Source: Paraspadella gotoi
Taxonomy: Eukaryota; Animalia; Chaetognatha
NCBI GenBank assembly: GCA_051294375.1
Contig: CM119266.1
Coordinates: 3,970,420 to 4,034,419 of the forward strand
DNA: 64,000 nucleotides
Reading direction: 5' to 3'
Below, piece after piece: positions 47,835-59,140 of this stretch; the first letter of the stretch is position 1; every line of letters starts with the position of its first letter. Both the position numbers and the translations under genes were made by a program. The notes below the pieces were generated by a model that was not told where the DNA came from, made no database searches, and was given only the letters and a program-made list of their open reading frames with translations.

Positions 47835-50116
47835 CTTGCTGGTTTTTTTTTTTTACCCTTGATTCATTTTACGGAAGCGGTAATCTGATGAAGAAAAATG
47901 AAATTGTTTGTTTAAGCTACGGTTACTGTATTCTGGATGGCAGGAATTAGTTCATGGCGTTTAGGAGCCCAAGTTGTAATAGTATGGCATTATTTAAGGC
48001 AAGTCGCTCAGCGATCCCATTCAAATATAGTATCAAAATTAATCATGAAAAATATTTTTTATTCTTAAACTTTTTAACAAATACATTCGAACTTTTTACC
48101 GATATATCTCTAAAATTAATATTAATTTGACAACCAAATCAGTTGATTTTTGATTTATTTTATTTATTTTCAACTACCTCTGAAGTTACATGACATGACT
48201 TCAAGACGAGAAAAAGTATACTTCGGTAACACTGGCGTGTACCTCTTATTCTGATAATCAATTGGCGTTGTAAGACCTCAAATAGAAAAGTAATGACTGG
48301 AGAAAAACTATTTTGGCACGGACGTAAAATGCAACAGTGCACAACACAGTAATCAAAGGATCTTGCATTCTTTAACTAAGTGCAGGGAGACCAAGCATAG
48401 ACCTTGTCGGTTACTAGTTTTACGTCTGCATTTATGATCGACTTTTGTTTATTGTTTAATCATGTGGTACATAATAGCTTTGTAGCTTATGAATCGTAAC
48501 TGGCTATAAATTTGCGCATGTATTTTTTTTTATTGAGGCTTAGAATGAAATTATTTCTATCGAAAAAGAGGAAGTAATTTCAAATTATATTATATTTCCA
48601 ATTTTGTCACAACAATGACATTTGAATAAATATATTATTACAGTCATTGATATGAAACAAACTTACCTTCAAGTATATTAAAAACCGATCTTCTTACGAT
48701 TTAGTTGATTGAAGAGAACGTGTTAATGTTTGTATATTATTAGTCTTTGAGCGTTTTTGTGTAGTTCAAAGTTTTTCGACTTTTGATTTAATTCCGATGA
48801 TAATGTGGAGGCTGAGAATAAGTAAGCCGGTTTGCTATGGCCCTTACCATAAGGAGAAGTCAATAGAATGAGTTCGTTTCGCCGATAACTCGCGATGACC
48901 CTGAAAGAGAAAAATGACAAAGTTACAAGTTTATGGAAATACGAGTATAGAATGTTGGCAAAAGTTTATACCTCAGAAAAAAGCAGTGTCCTTGGATAGA
49001 GGTTGGTCTCTGTAACGAAGCAGAAAATAGCCAGTTAATTACGAGAAGCACAAAACGATATTAAATTTAATTTCCTTTATTAAAAATAACGAAAACGATA
49101 TTAAATTAAACCTCACCTTAATAATCAAACCAGGTAAAGTTTAGTTAAAGAGAACTTACCCAAAATAACTGGATAAGTTAACCTGTTCGTGAGACCTGAA
49201 AAGAATAACCCTCCCCCCAAAGTTCTCAGGTTTTGGATAAATCTTCGCTCGTAAGCTGATCACTATGAAACGAAAAAATGTAGAAAACTGAAACGTTTTA
49301 TTCTCGTGAAAAAAACGAGTAATTAATTACAATACAAGATGTCCAAAAATTAACATGATAAAATATATATCTTTTAAAGAACGGACATAAAGAATTAATG
49401 ATAAATATAAGGATTATCAAATTTTTTTTTCTCTTCCACATCAAAATCTTTAACATCGATAAATCCGTTGAAATGCTGCAAAAAAAAAAAAAAAAAAAAG
49501 CAAACTAAATGTGAGGTATCTGATAAGCGAGTCACGTCTTATTGCTCAACCTGTTTGTAGTAAAAGTGCGGTTTGGAATCCTATACTTTTTTCCTAAACT
49601 CAAAATATCAGACCAGCAACATTGAGATCGTAAAAAAATATACCTCCAACTATGATCGATAATAAATACGTACAAATCCACATATAATAATTAATTTCGG
49701 ATGTAATTTCAATAAAGTTATACGATATTAACACACTGTTAAGGTAGTCCATTTAAACAGAAAAAATTTAATTAATTGGGACGAATTATAAAAAAAATTA
49801 AATTTTTAACAAGACAAAAATCATGTCTTTTTAAAATTAACAATAAACGAAGAAACCTATCTTTTTTACCGTCAATTCATTTTATGCGCAAAAAACTAAA
49901 TTTAGCATCAGACTTGAAAGCGGTAACTATCTAAACGCGGTTTAATGTTTTATGCTCAATCGTAAAGAGCTTAAGTTGTTAAAAGTTAAAATAAAGAAGC
50001 AAACAACTTCCTACCCAACTCACTAAGTCTGACGAAAATATTCTTAAAAAAATATTTTTAATTTAAATCGATAGTACAGTTTAAATTTGAAAAAAAAAAA
50101 ATGATCGCTGGGAATT

Positions 50117-53100
50117 TTAAGGCACGAAATCGTAAAATTCGTTTTGGACATAAGGGGTTCCGTTCTGAGCACCCGATTGCGATTCGTACACTCTCAAATA
50201 GTCAAAGGCGTTGTGAGGAATATTTCCCAGTGAAAAGTTATAATCTGAAAATTGAGTTCCGTCGAACTGAAGGGATCCGTTAGAGGCGGCGGCGGAGGCG
50301 GAGGCGCCACCGTCTTTGTCATAAGTCGAGGTGATAACTTGGATGGGATTTCCAAAGCTGGCGGAAGTTTGGAGGGAGCTGCTGATTGCGGAGATGAAGG
50401 AAGATGAGGGAGTGAAATGGGACGAAGACGAAGACGAAGACGAAAACGTCAGAGGGGCGGAGGACGCCGGAGGTAAATTAAGCAAAGTCCTTGCGGGCGG
50501 AAGCGGCGTCCGACACTCCACGCCTCCGCCAGCCGTGCCGCTTCCTTCGGCGTCGCGGCGAAGTTCCGCGGCGTTGGCCAGGGAGATCATCCCGATCGAG
50601 TCGACGAGGTCGTCGGGAAGTTGGGCCTCCACATCGTCGGCAAAGACGCGCCGATTCTCCACGCCAACTTCGTTCTCGGCGTCGGGAGATTCATTGGGCG
50701 TCGATTCGTCGTCTTTACGCATTTCCTCCAAAAGAGATTCTTGAAATCTCTTCGACGCGGAATGAACGAGAACGGATTTGTACATGGATTCTGAGACGCT
50801 GAATTGGCGCCTCTTCGGAGTGATGGAACCGGATTTTCTCGGCGACGGAGACTCGGCGCCGACGCGATCTTCATCCGGGTCTTCGTAGTCGTCGGTGGAG
50901 AGGCTGGAACTCGGCGTCGCTTCGACCAACTCTTCCTCGGAAGGGACCGGCTGCGACGTGGCCCTCAACTCCCGCAGCGCCTCGCCCGCTCCCAATTCGG
51001 GACTGGCGTCGTCCAGATTGGAAGCCATAGGATTGGAGTGGCCCGTCGCGTTGGCTATACTCTGCAGATAAGAGGCCAGATTGACTATCGGCGCCTCGGG
51101 ACACGACGCGTTTGTCAAGGACGAGATCTCTCCGCTGAGAAGAGACGAAGTGGGCGACGCCGCGGAAGGCGGCGTCGTGGGAGAGAAATTATCCGGAACC
51201 GGATTCGATCTTCCGTGTGGATCCAAATCGCCGGCGCCGGAAGGAGATCGAGCGTAAAGCGGCGTTCTCGTCAACGAGGAAATCTCGGGACTTTCATAGA
51301 CGACGGGCGGTTGGTGGGGTCTCGGGCTTTCGAGATCCTCGGACGTTTGGAATCTTTGAAAGGCGGAAGAAGACGTCGACGCCAAAACCGGCGCCGTCGT
51401 TTGCCTCTCGTCGTCGCCGGCGACGACCTTCTCGGCCTCGAAGGGCGCCACCGGCGCCACCGCGACGGGTCGAAGGATCGAGGGGCTTATCTTAGGTGAA
51501 GCCTTAAGTTGAGGCGGAGAGAAGAGAGCAGAGGAAGGATCGATGTCTGGACGGCAGGCGGAAGTGTCAAAGACTTTGGCGGGAGTCGTTGTGGTTGATG
51601 TGAAAAAGGATGAGGAAAGAGAAGAAAAGGGTAGAGAGGATATGGGCATAGAGGATGAGGATAGAGAAGAAAAGGGCAGAGAGGATGAGGATAGAGAAAT
51701 CGCGGCTTGGTTGGTTGCGTCGCGTTGTGGAGGGAAGAGCTGAGAGAAAGAATTGAAATCTTTCAGTCCCGAGTTCATCGAATCGGAAGAGGGAAAATTG
51801 AAGGCTTCGTTGGCGGAGGAAACAGAGGAGGCACAGAATTGTTGCGTTGGTTTAGAGAGATCTAAGACTTGATCGGCGAGCGGTTCCAGTGGAATCGCCG
51901 GAGCGGGGGGTAGTTTGAACAACGACGTCGGCGGCGGAGGAAAAAAGAAAGAGTTGGAAGGGTGAGAGTGAGTCTCTCGAGTCTCCTTAGTTTTCTTCAG
52001 TTTCTCTTTGGGTCGAGAATCCGCAAAGCCTTCGTAGTCTATCCCGTCGGCGTCGAATGGACGGAAGAGTTGGGGTTCGCAGACGACGTCTTCCTTCTTT
52101 TCTCGCGATCGAGAAAAGTCGGAAAAATATTCGTCTTGTCTCAATCGATTCATCGACTCCCGAGGCATCAATGGCCGAGGCGGTGGCGGTTTCGACTTTT
52201 GGCTCTCCGCTTTAATCGGTTCTTCACTTCGTTGCATCCGATCCATCTTGGCCTTCAGCTCGTCCATCTGCTCCATCATGATTTCGATCTGCGACTTGAG
52301 CTTCTGCTGACTCGATTCCGCGATGGAACTCAAACCGGGAAAGGAAAAATTAATATCCTGGGATCTTTGAGGTTCCGAGTATTTGTTCTTCACTTCGGCC
52401 AAATTGTTGAATTGTTTGAACATGAGATCGATTTGCATCTGGAATTGATTCAGTTGAGCCTTCATCATCGTCGCCTCCGGTTCCGAGTTCGTCTTCGCTT
52501 CCTTTTCACCGACGGTTTCGTCATCGTCCTCATCGTCTTCCCAATTCGGCGGCGGAGGGACGATCAACGACCTCACGTTGTTCGCCTTTAAGAATTCCTG
52601 TTCGGCGATGGATTGATCCAGTTCGAATTGAATCTCCTTCTTGGACAGCAACCGACGCTGACGCTGCTCCTCCGCTCGCTGGCGCTGACGCTGCTCCTCC
52701 TCCTCCGCCAACTCCTGCTGCTTCCTCCGATTCGCCGCCGCTCGTTTTCTTTCTTTTCTCTCCTGGACTTTCTTAATCTCGAGCTGAAGCAGATTTTCGA
52801 TCTCGTCCAAGTCCTCGATCTTCTTTTCCTTTGGCGGCGACGTGGCAAAGTTGAAGTCGATCGTCCGCTTGGCGGCGTCGACGACGTCTCCGCCGACTCG
52901 TCGCACGAAGGGCGATTCCATGTTGCTCTTCTTGGCGATTTCAAGGACGTCTGACCAAGTGTTGGAGGGAGAGAGGTCGTTGCCGTCGAAGCGGCGCAGC
53001 TGCGGCGGCGGAGCCCGACCTTTTTTGGTCGAAGTAAAGACGATGGTCTCGCCCATTTCGTTCTTGCCAATGCGTTGCGCCGGACCCAAGTTCTTTGCGG

Positions 53101-54246
53101 CAGATGGTTGAGATGGGAGGACAGTTTTCTTTTGATGTTGGGGTCGATAGTAGATGGAAGGACGCGTCGTAGACGGCGAAGGAAAAACTTCTTGACGAGC
53201 GGGTACGGAGGCGGAGTCGGAGGCGGACGAAGCGACTCCGTGTTTGGCGAAGAAACTAGCCAAAGGTCCCGAAGATGAAGTCGCCACGGACTTTTCGCCT
53301 CTGTAGTAGATTGAAGGACGAACGGGCAACGGCGCCGGAGGACGATTCTCTTCGTCTTCATCATCGTCGTCGTCGTCATCGTCGATGCCTTCGTTCGCCA
53401 AAATGCTGCTTAACGCCGACTTGTCTTCGCGGAATTCAAACGCGTGACCGTTCGACTCTGTCGTCGTCGTCGTCGTAGTCTTCAAAGTGACGTGATCTTT
53501 GGACGTCATGTGATCCTTCTTGGAATGTTTCTCGAGGTGGGCGTCGACGGGCGCCTTCCGTTCTCGACCAACTTCTTTGCCCTGGACGCGAAAGGGTTTG
53601 ATCGGCGGGGAGTGGTTGGGATGACGAGGCTTCTTGGCAAAGTCGAAGGTGGAAGGCTTTGTGGCGGGCTTCTTCGTCATCGCTTTGCCCGCCTCCAGTT
53701 GGTGGCTCCACTTTTGATGAAGCTTCTTGAAGTCGGGAACTGGACGAGCGAAGGTCGTAGAGGAGGAGGAAGAGGATTTGGTTTTGGCCGAGGAACCTGA
53801 GGGGGAAGAGAATTAATTAATTAATTAATTAATTTCAAATAAATTCAATTTAAAAGGAATTAAAATTAAAATATAAGAAAAGTTCAATTTCATTTCAAAT
53901 TAATACAATTTAAAAGGAATTAAAATAAAAAAGTCTTTGTACCGAAATTGGGTTGCATTTTAATAGATGGTTGATATCCTTTATTAAGTGAAGCCATCAC
54001 GGTTTTTTTATGCGAAGAGTCAACTTTGCCCGCCTAAAAATAGTTTCCGTTCGAATTAATTAATTAAATCGTTTAATGCATACAACTAAATATATATTTT
54101 ATGAAGAAACTAATCGATACCTGAGAAACGGGAGTAGAGGCGACGCCGGAAGCCGACGGCGCCGGGATGGAGGAGGCGCCGCCGGTGGAAATACGGCGCG
54201 CGAATCCCTTCGAGCGGCGCTTTTTCACGCCGCCACGGATCGGCAT
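50117..54246 (-). CDS. Large disordered/coiled-coil protein, possibly tastin (TROAP)-like; exons 54246-54121, ~54033-53943, ~53796-50117
   Basis: Spliced start MPIRGGVKKRRS joins the 1187-aa ORF in frame. Motifs PVPDFKKLHQKW..QLEAGKA and FREDKSALSSILANEGI recall tastin-family motifs. The gene is well supported; the family is tentative. Confidence 0.6.
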
Positions 54247-55764
54247 CTTTGGAGTTTGCGTTCAAAACTGAAAAAAGATAAATCAAGGATTATTGATTAA
54301 TAAGTTATCAATCACGCAATTAAATTCAAATACGGATTAAACAATAATTTCGTAGATTTCAATGTATCGAAAAGTGGTTGCTCTTAATTGTATCATTCGA
54401 GATTTTCGAATGCTCCGAGAAACTGTATTGAAACTCAAGATTAATACTATTAAATTGCATATTTCTTTAGCACAACAAAATCTTATTAAAAAGTCAATTA
54501 TTATTAACGAAAGAAAATTACGGAATCAAAATTATACAATTTCAGTAACTTTAAAATTATGAAAAAACCAAAAAATATTAACCACTGGATTGAAATTAAA
54601 GCGAAAAATTTTAAAAATATGGATAAAAAAGGAAAGGAGAAAATGGGAGCGTAACGGTCGATTTGTCCATGAATGGGGAAAAAAATTCAAATTCTCCCAT
54701 TGTGTTTCCTTCTCTCTCAAAAAGTGGAAGAGGAGAAGAGAAGAGAGGGTAGCAACGGAATTTCAACCAATCCTCCTGCATTTCAAGAAAAGAGACGAAA
54801 ACCAATTGAGAACGTCGCGATTATCTCCGACCAATCAGAAGAGAGGGAACGTTTGAAAAGAATATGGAAACAACCAATAGGATGAAAGGAAACATTTAAA
54901 GGAATGAGGGAACGACTCAGAAGTTGGGAAGAGTAGGAAGGAGAGGGAGAGAGAGTCACGAAAAAATAACTTAAATTAGGAATAACCGACTTCTGCCTTA
55001 AAGAATAAAAGAAAAATTAAATTAAATGAGATACAAAAGAGGTACAGTGAAATTAATTAACCCTACTAAATAACAGATTTAACTTTAATTTTAACCTTAA
55101 AGCTTGTTAGTAAAAACGTGCTAAAAGTTAACTAATAACCACAACTCTCACCACATCAAAAGTCGATCTTACATAAACACATTTATAATCGTCGCGGAAA
55201 CTTACCTTGAAAGAAATACCAGCATTAATTTTCGCCTCGAGTTCCACCTCAAATTATCACATTTTTCTTCAGTAGTTTCATTTAGGAATACTTTTGCTAA
55301 ATGAGAACAAAATAAGTCTAGCACATTACTGTCGTAATAATAGCATTTTTTTTTCTTCAAGAACAATAATTCAAATGATCACGATACGTATATAAAAGAA
55401 TAATTTCGTTTCGATGCAGAAAGAAGATTCTACTTTTAATAGCTGTGTATGTCATAATCCCCACGTTCAAGAGCGCCGAGGTAATTTAGCCAAATTAGCT
55501 GGAGATAAATATATACTAAAATTCGGGGCAATCACTTAAATACTCGGTTTGACCAAATTATTTTCTTTATTCTGAGATCTCCCTGTTAACTCGGCGCTTT
55601 TTAAATTAACTAAAAAAGCTAAAAAGAGGATGAGGGCAAAAAAAATCTTTTCCCCCAATTTTTCATATTTCAACGTCAAACGATTGTTTGTAACGACTAG
55701 AGAAGTCGAGCGGACAAATGTCAATCAGATATCGAGATCGATTGCGCATCGATCTAAGTCGAGA

Positions 55765-58687
55765 TCACATTTGCTGCGTCGAGTTTCCGTTCCAAGTTTT
55801 GTCTTCAGAATCTGAGTCTGAATATCGACGAAGACGGTGAACGTTGCCGTCCACGTTCGATCTCTGACAAGGGCCGCCGCCGCCGCCGCCGGTACTGAGT
55901 TGAAGAATATTTATAATTATTTCATTTTATTGTTACTACATAATTTATTGAGACAGGTGAGTGGAAGACAATTCGCGAAAAGTGAGGTGACATAAAAATT
56001 GAATATAGTAATCGAAAAATACTCACCTTTTTCCTTGGGAATCAGAATGCGGCGGAGGCGCAGATCCGGGTTGAGATCCGCCAGCGTTGCCATCAGCAAT
56101 CGCTGGTCCGACGAATGTGTCGCGAACTACGTTGTAGAGAAAGAGAAAAGGCGCCATGACGACCCAGAAGATCGCCACCAAAGAGAAACCTCCTCCTCTT
56201 CCTCCTCCTCCTCCTGATCCCGACGGCGATGGAGCCGGTCCGCGAGATGGCACGACAATCAAGGCGTTGGGTCCGGCTAAATCTAATTCCGCCATCGTGG
56301 ATTCTGCGTCGCTGGATTGAAAGGCTCGACGCGTGAGGGAATGGACGAGATCGAAACGCGACATTCCGCGGGAGACGAGGATCTCCTCGATGAAGGACCG
56401 CGCCTCCGAGAAGGGGGCGTCCACGCTGAACTCACGATTGATGGCGCCGCCGTCGGGGAGACGGAATTGGATGCGGGAGACGCTGCGAATGCGGCTCTGC
56501 AGCTCCGCGGAGGCAGCAGCTTCTTCCGCCTGAACGAGGATGATTATTAAAAATGAGTTAAGACACTAAAAAATAAAGATATTAAATAATAACAATAATA
56601 ATAATAATAATAATAATTATAAAAAGAATCGGACAACTCGCCTCCTTCTTCTTCTGTTTTTCTTCCTTAACTCTCTCTCGATCTCTCTCTTTGCTTTTCT
56701 TCTCTTCATCGAATTTCGCCCGTCGTTCGTCTCTGTCTCTTTGAATTTGCTCTTTTATTCTTTCCTTTGCTCTTTTGTCCGCCTCTTTCTCTTTGGCGAT
56801 TTCCTCGGCACGTTTCTTCACCGCTTCTTCCTCTTTGGCGCGAGAAGATTCAGCCATTTCCTGATAATTATCAAAAAGAAATTGGTAGAAACAATATTTG
56901 TAATAATAAATTAGCCATATTGACTCCGGTCTTTAGAGAGGCGGTCACCTTTTTGTGATCCTACAAATTTTCAATCAAGACGCGCTAATAGTTTAGTTTA
57001 TTAAGTTTCATAACGTAATTTTTCGGTCCTTTTCATATTAAATTGTTTGAAATTGCAGGGACCTGCTATGTAATTATCTTGTAAGAGTNNNNNNNNNNGA
57101 ACTGCTATGTAATTATCTTGTAAGAGTGAGGGAGGCCTAAAACCACCAAAGCTTGTCCAAAGTCAGGGGCAAGATAGCTTATTTATTAAATGAATGGATA
57201 ATTTTTATATTGGTTGTACCAATTTCATATATAGAAGAGAACATTTAAATGAGAAGAAAATAAATACAAGGATTGTCCATTAAGGTAGCCATAGCCGATG
57301 AAATTTAAATGCTAATGTATACAGCGTTAAAATAATCTATCATGACCATAGATTATGGTATTAAGATATTTTTTTGTCAAAAATGATTTCTTCTGAGGGT
57401 ACTTGCCTAATTAAAATATTATATTACTATATAGAGCAAAAAAAAAATTTTAAATCTTAGAATGTTTTGATGGATTCTGATAGAGCATAAAAAGTTAAAC
57501 AAGAAATATAATTACAGCTTTTAAAAATTCTTACATTTTCTAAGTGAAAATATAAAAAAAACTGATAAAATCATGAAAGATGATGATTTTTTATGGTTTT
57601 TCTTATTTTTGACACACTAATGTAAAAATATTTAAAAAAGAATTATACTTTGTGTAGACAACTTTTTATGAGCTATTTGAATCTGGTCTTAAAATTTAAA
57701 AATTCTAAAAAAAAATATTTGGCCTTTCCTATCTATAAATAAATATTAAAAATTAATTACTAGGGTATAGAGCCATATTTGAAATTTTTTGTCCATTGAA
57801 AGTATTGTTAAAAATGTCTAAATATTCGTTTGAGCATGTACTCACTCTAAATTTTTGACTCACCCCATTGAGTGCGGCTACCCCTAAATGTCCATAAGTG
57901 ATAAATTTATAGTTTAATATTGGGATAATCATAATGTTAGCCGTTATGGCAAATAGATAACATTTATTCTCGTTCTAGTTCTTCTCCAATTACATTAATA
58001 TTAGTAATAACCCAATTAATATTAATCAATAATGTTATAAATTCCACTAACCTGACCCAATTTCCGTCTCTCTATCTCTCTCCTTCTCGCCTCTCCCGCT
58101 TCTTTCTTCAGTCTCTCCCGATTTTGCTCTTCAATATTTTCACGCGCCGTTTGAAGACGATCTCCCAAGGGAATTTCTGGCGGCGCCTCGGACGGCGTCG
58201 TCTCCGATCGCGACGCCGCCTGCAACGTGGCTTCAGTCTGTGGCGCCGCGTTAGTTTGCGAGCTCTGCGCCGCCGGGGCTGCGGAGGCGACAGCTGCGTC
58301 TACGGCACCAGCTGCTTCGCTCGAGTCACCCGTGGTCTCCGGCCAATGCAGCCGCCAAGCGTTGTCGATCTTGGCGAGGAAATCCTCGACTGGTTGGAAT
58401 CCTCCAACGACTTCGAGGGGGACGCCGTTGTCGCCCACGAAGTAGACGGAGGGAAGAAGCAGCACAGGATAAAAGGCAGAGAATTGACGGAACCCTTCCG
58501 TCTGCGATTCCAACTCGAGGGCGACGATCTTTTCCGGCTCAAGACGCTCCGCCACGGCGGCGTCGTCCAACACGGCGGACATCTTGACGCTCTCCTCGGA
58601 TCCGTCGTGGACGTAGACGACCAAGAGTTTTCGTTGTGCCTTCGTCTCGGCGATGGCCGACGGGATCGAACCTTCGAACCAACGCAT
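55765..58687 (-). CDS. UBXN4: UBX domain-containing protein 4 (erasin), multi-exon
   Basis: MRWFEGSIPSAI thioredoxin-like N-terminus, coiled coil with KERIKEQIQRDR, UBX SRIQFRLPDG, hydrophobic hairpin, terminal TWNGNSTQQM*. Confidence 0.93.
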
Positions 58688-59140
58688 GACGACGATCCGT
58701 TGGGTCAGACCGACTCACTTTTTAATAATAATTATCTCCTCTTCGCTGAAGTATTAATTGTAATTCTTTCTAAAATGTGACGAAATCTGGAGGAGAAATA
58801 TTCAGGTGAAGAAGTCGGGTCTGACTGGTGATGGCGAAATGGTTCGAGGAAGAGGAAGAGAAAGAAGAAAAGTAATGGGAGGAGAAAGAAGAAGAGGATG
58901 AGAAGCTCGAATGGAGCGATTAAAGCCGAAAAGAGAAAATCAACTCCGTATTACATTGAAAATTAAGTAAAAACATTTTTGATGTTTTTACTTATTCACT
59001 TCGACAAAGAATACAAAGCATACAAAAATAATATAATAAAACTAGTAATGTTATATCAATTGGCTTTAAAAGGGATGCTAAATTAAATATTTATGCTAGT
59101 TAAGTTTTAAAAACCGCTCCGAGATTACGAGATATCGAAA

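Noticed and set aside
57060-57127. Direct repeat CTGCTATGTAATTATCTTGTAAGAGT
   Set aside because: The copies flank an N gap, typical of unmerged contig overlap.
57280-57890. Possible TTAA-GGTAGCC...GGCTACC terminal inverted repeat (Kolobok-like) in a UBXN4 intron
   Set aside because: Only ~7-10 bp match and no clean right-hand TTAA; unsupported without other copies.
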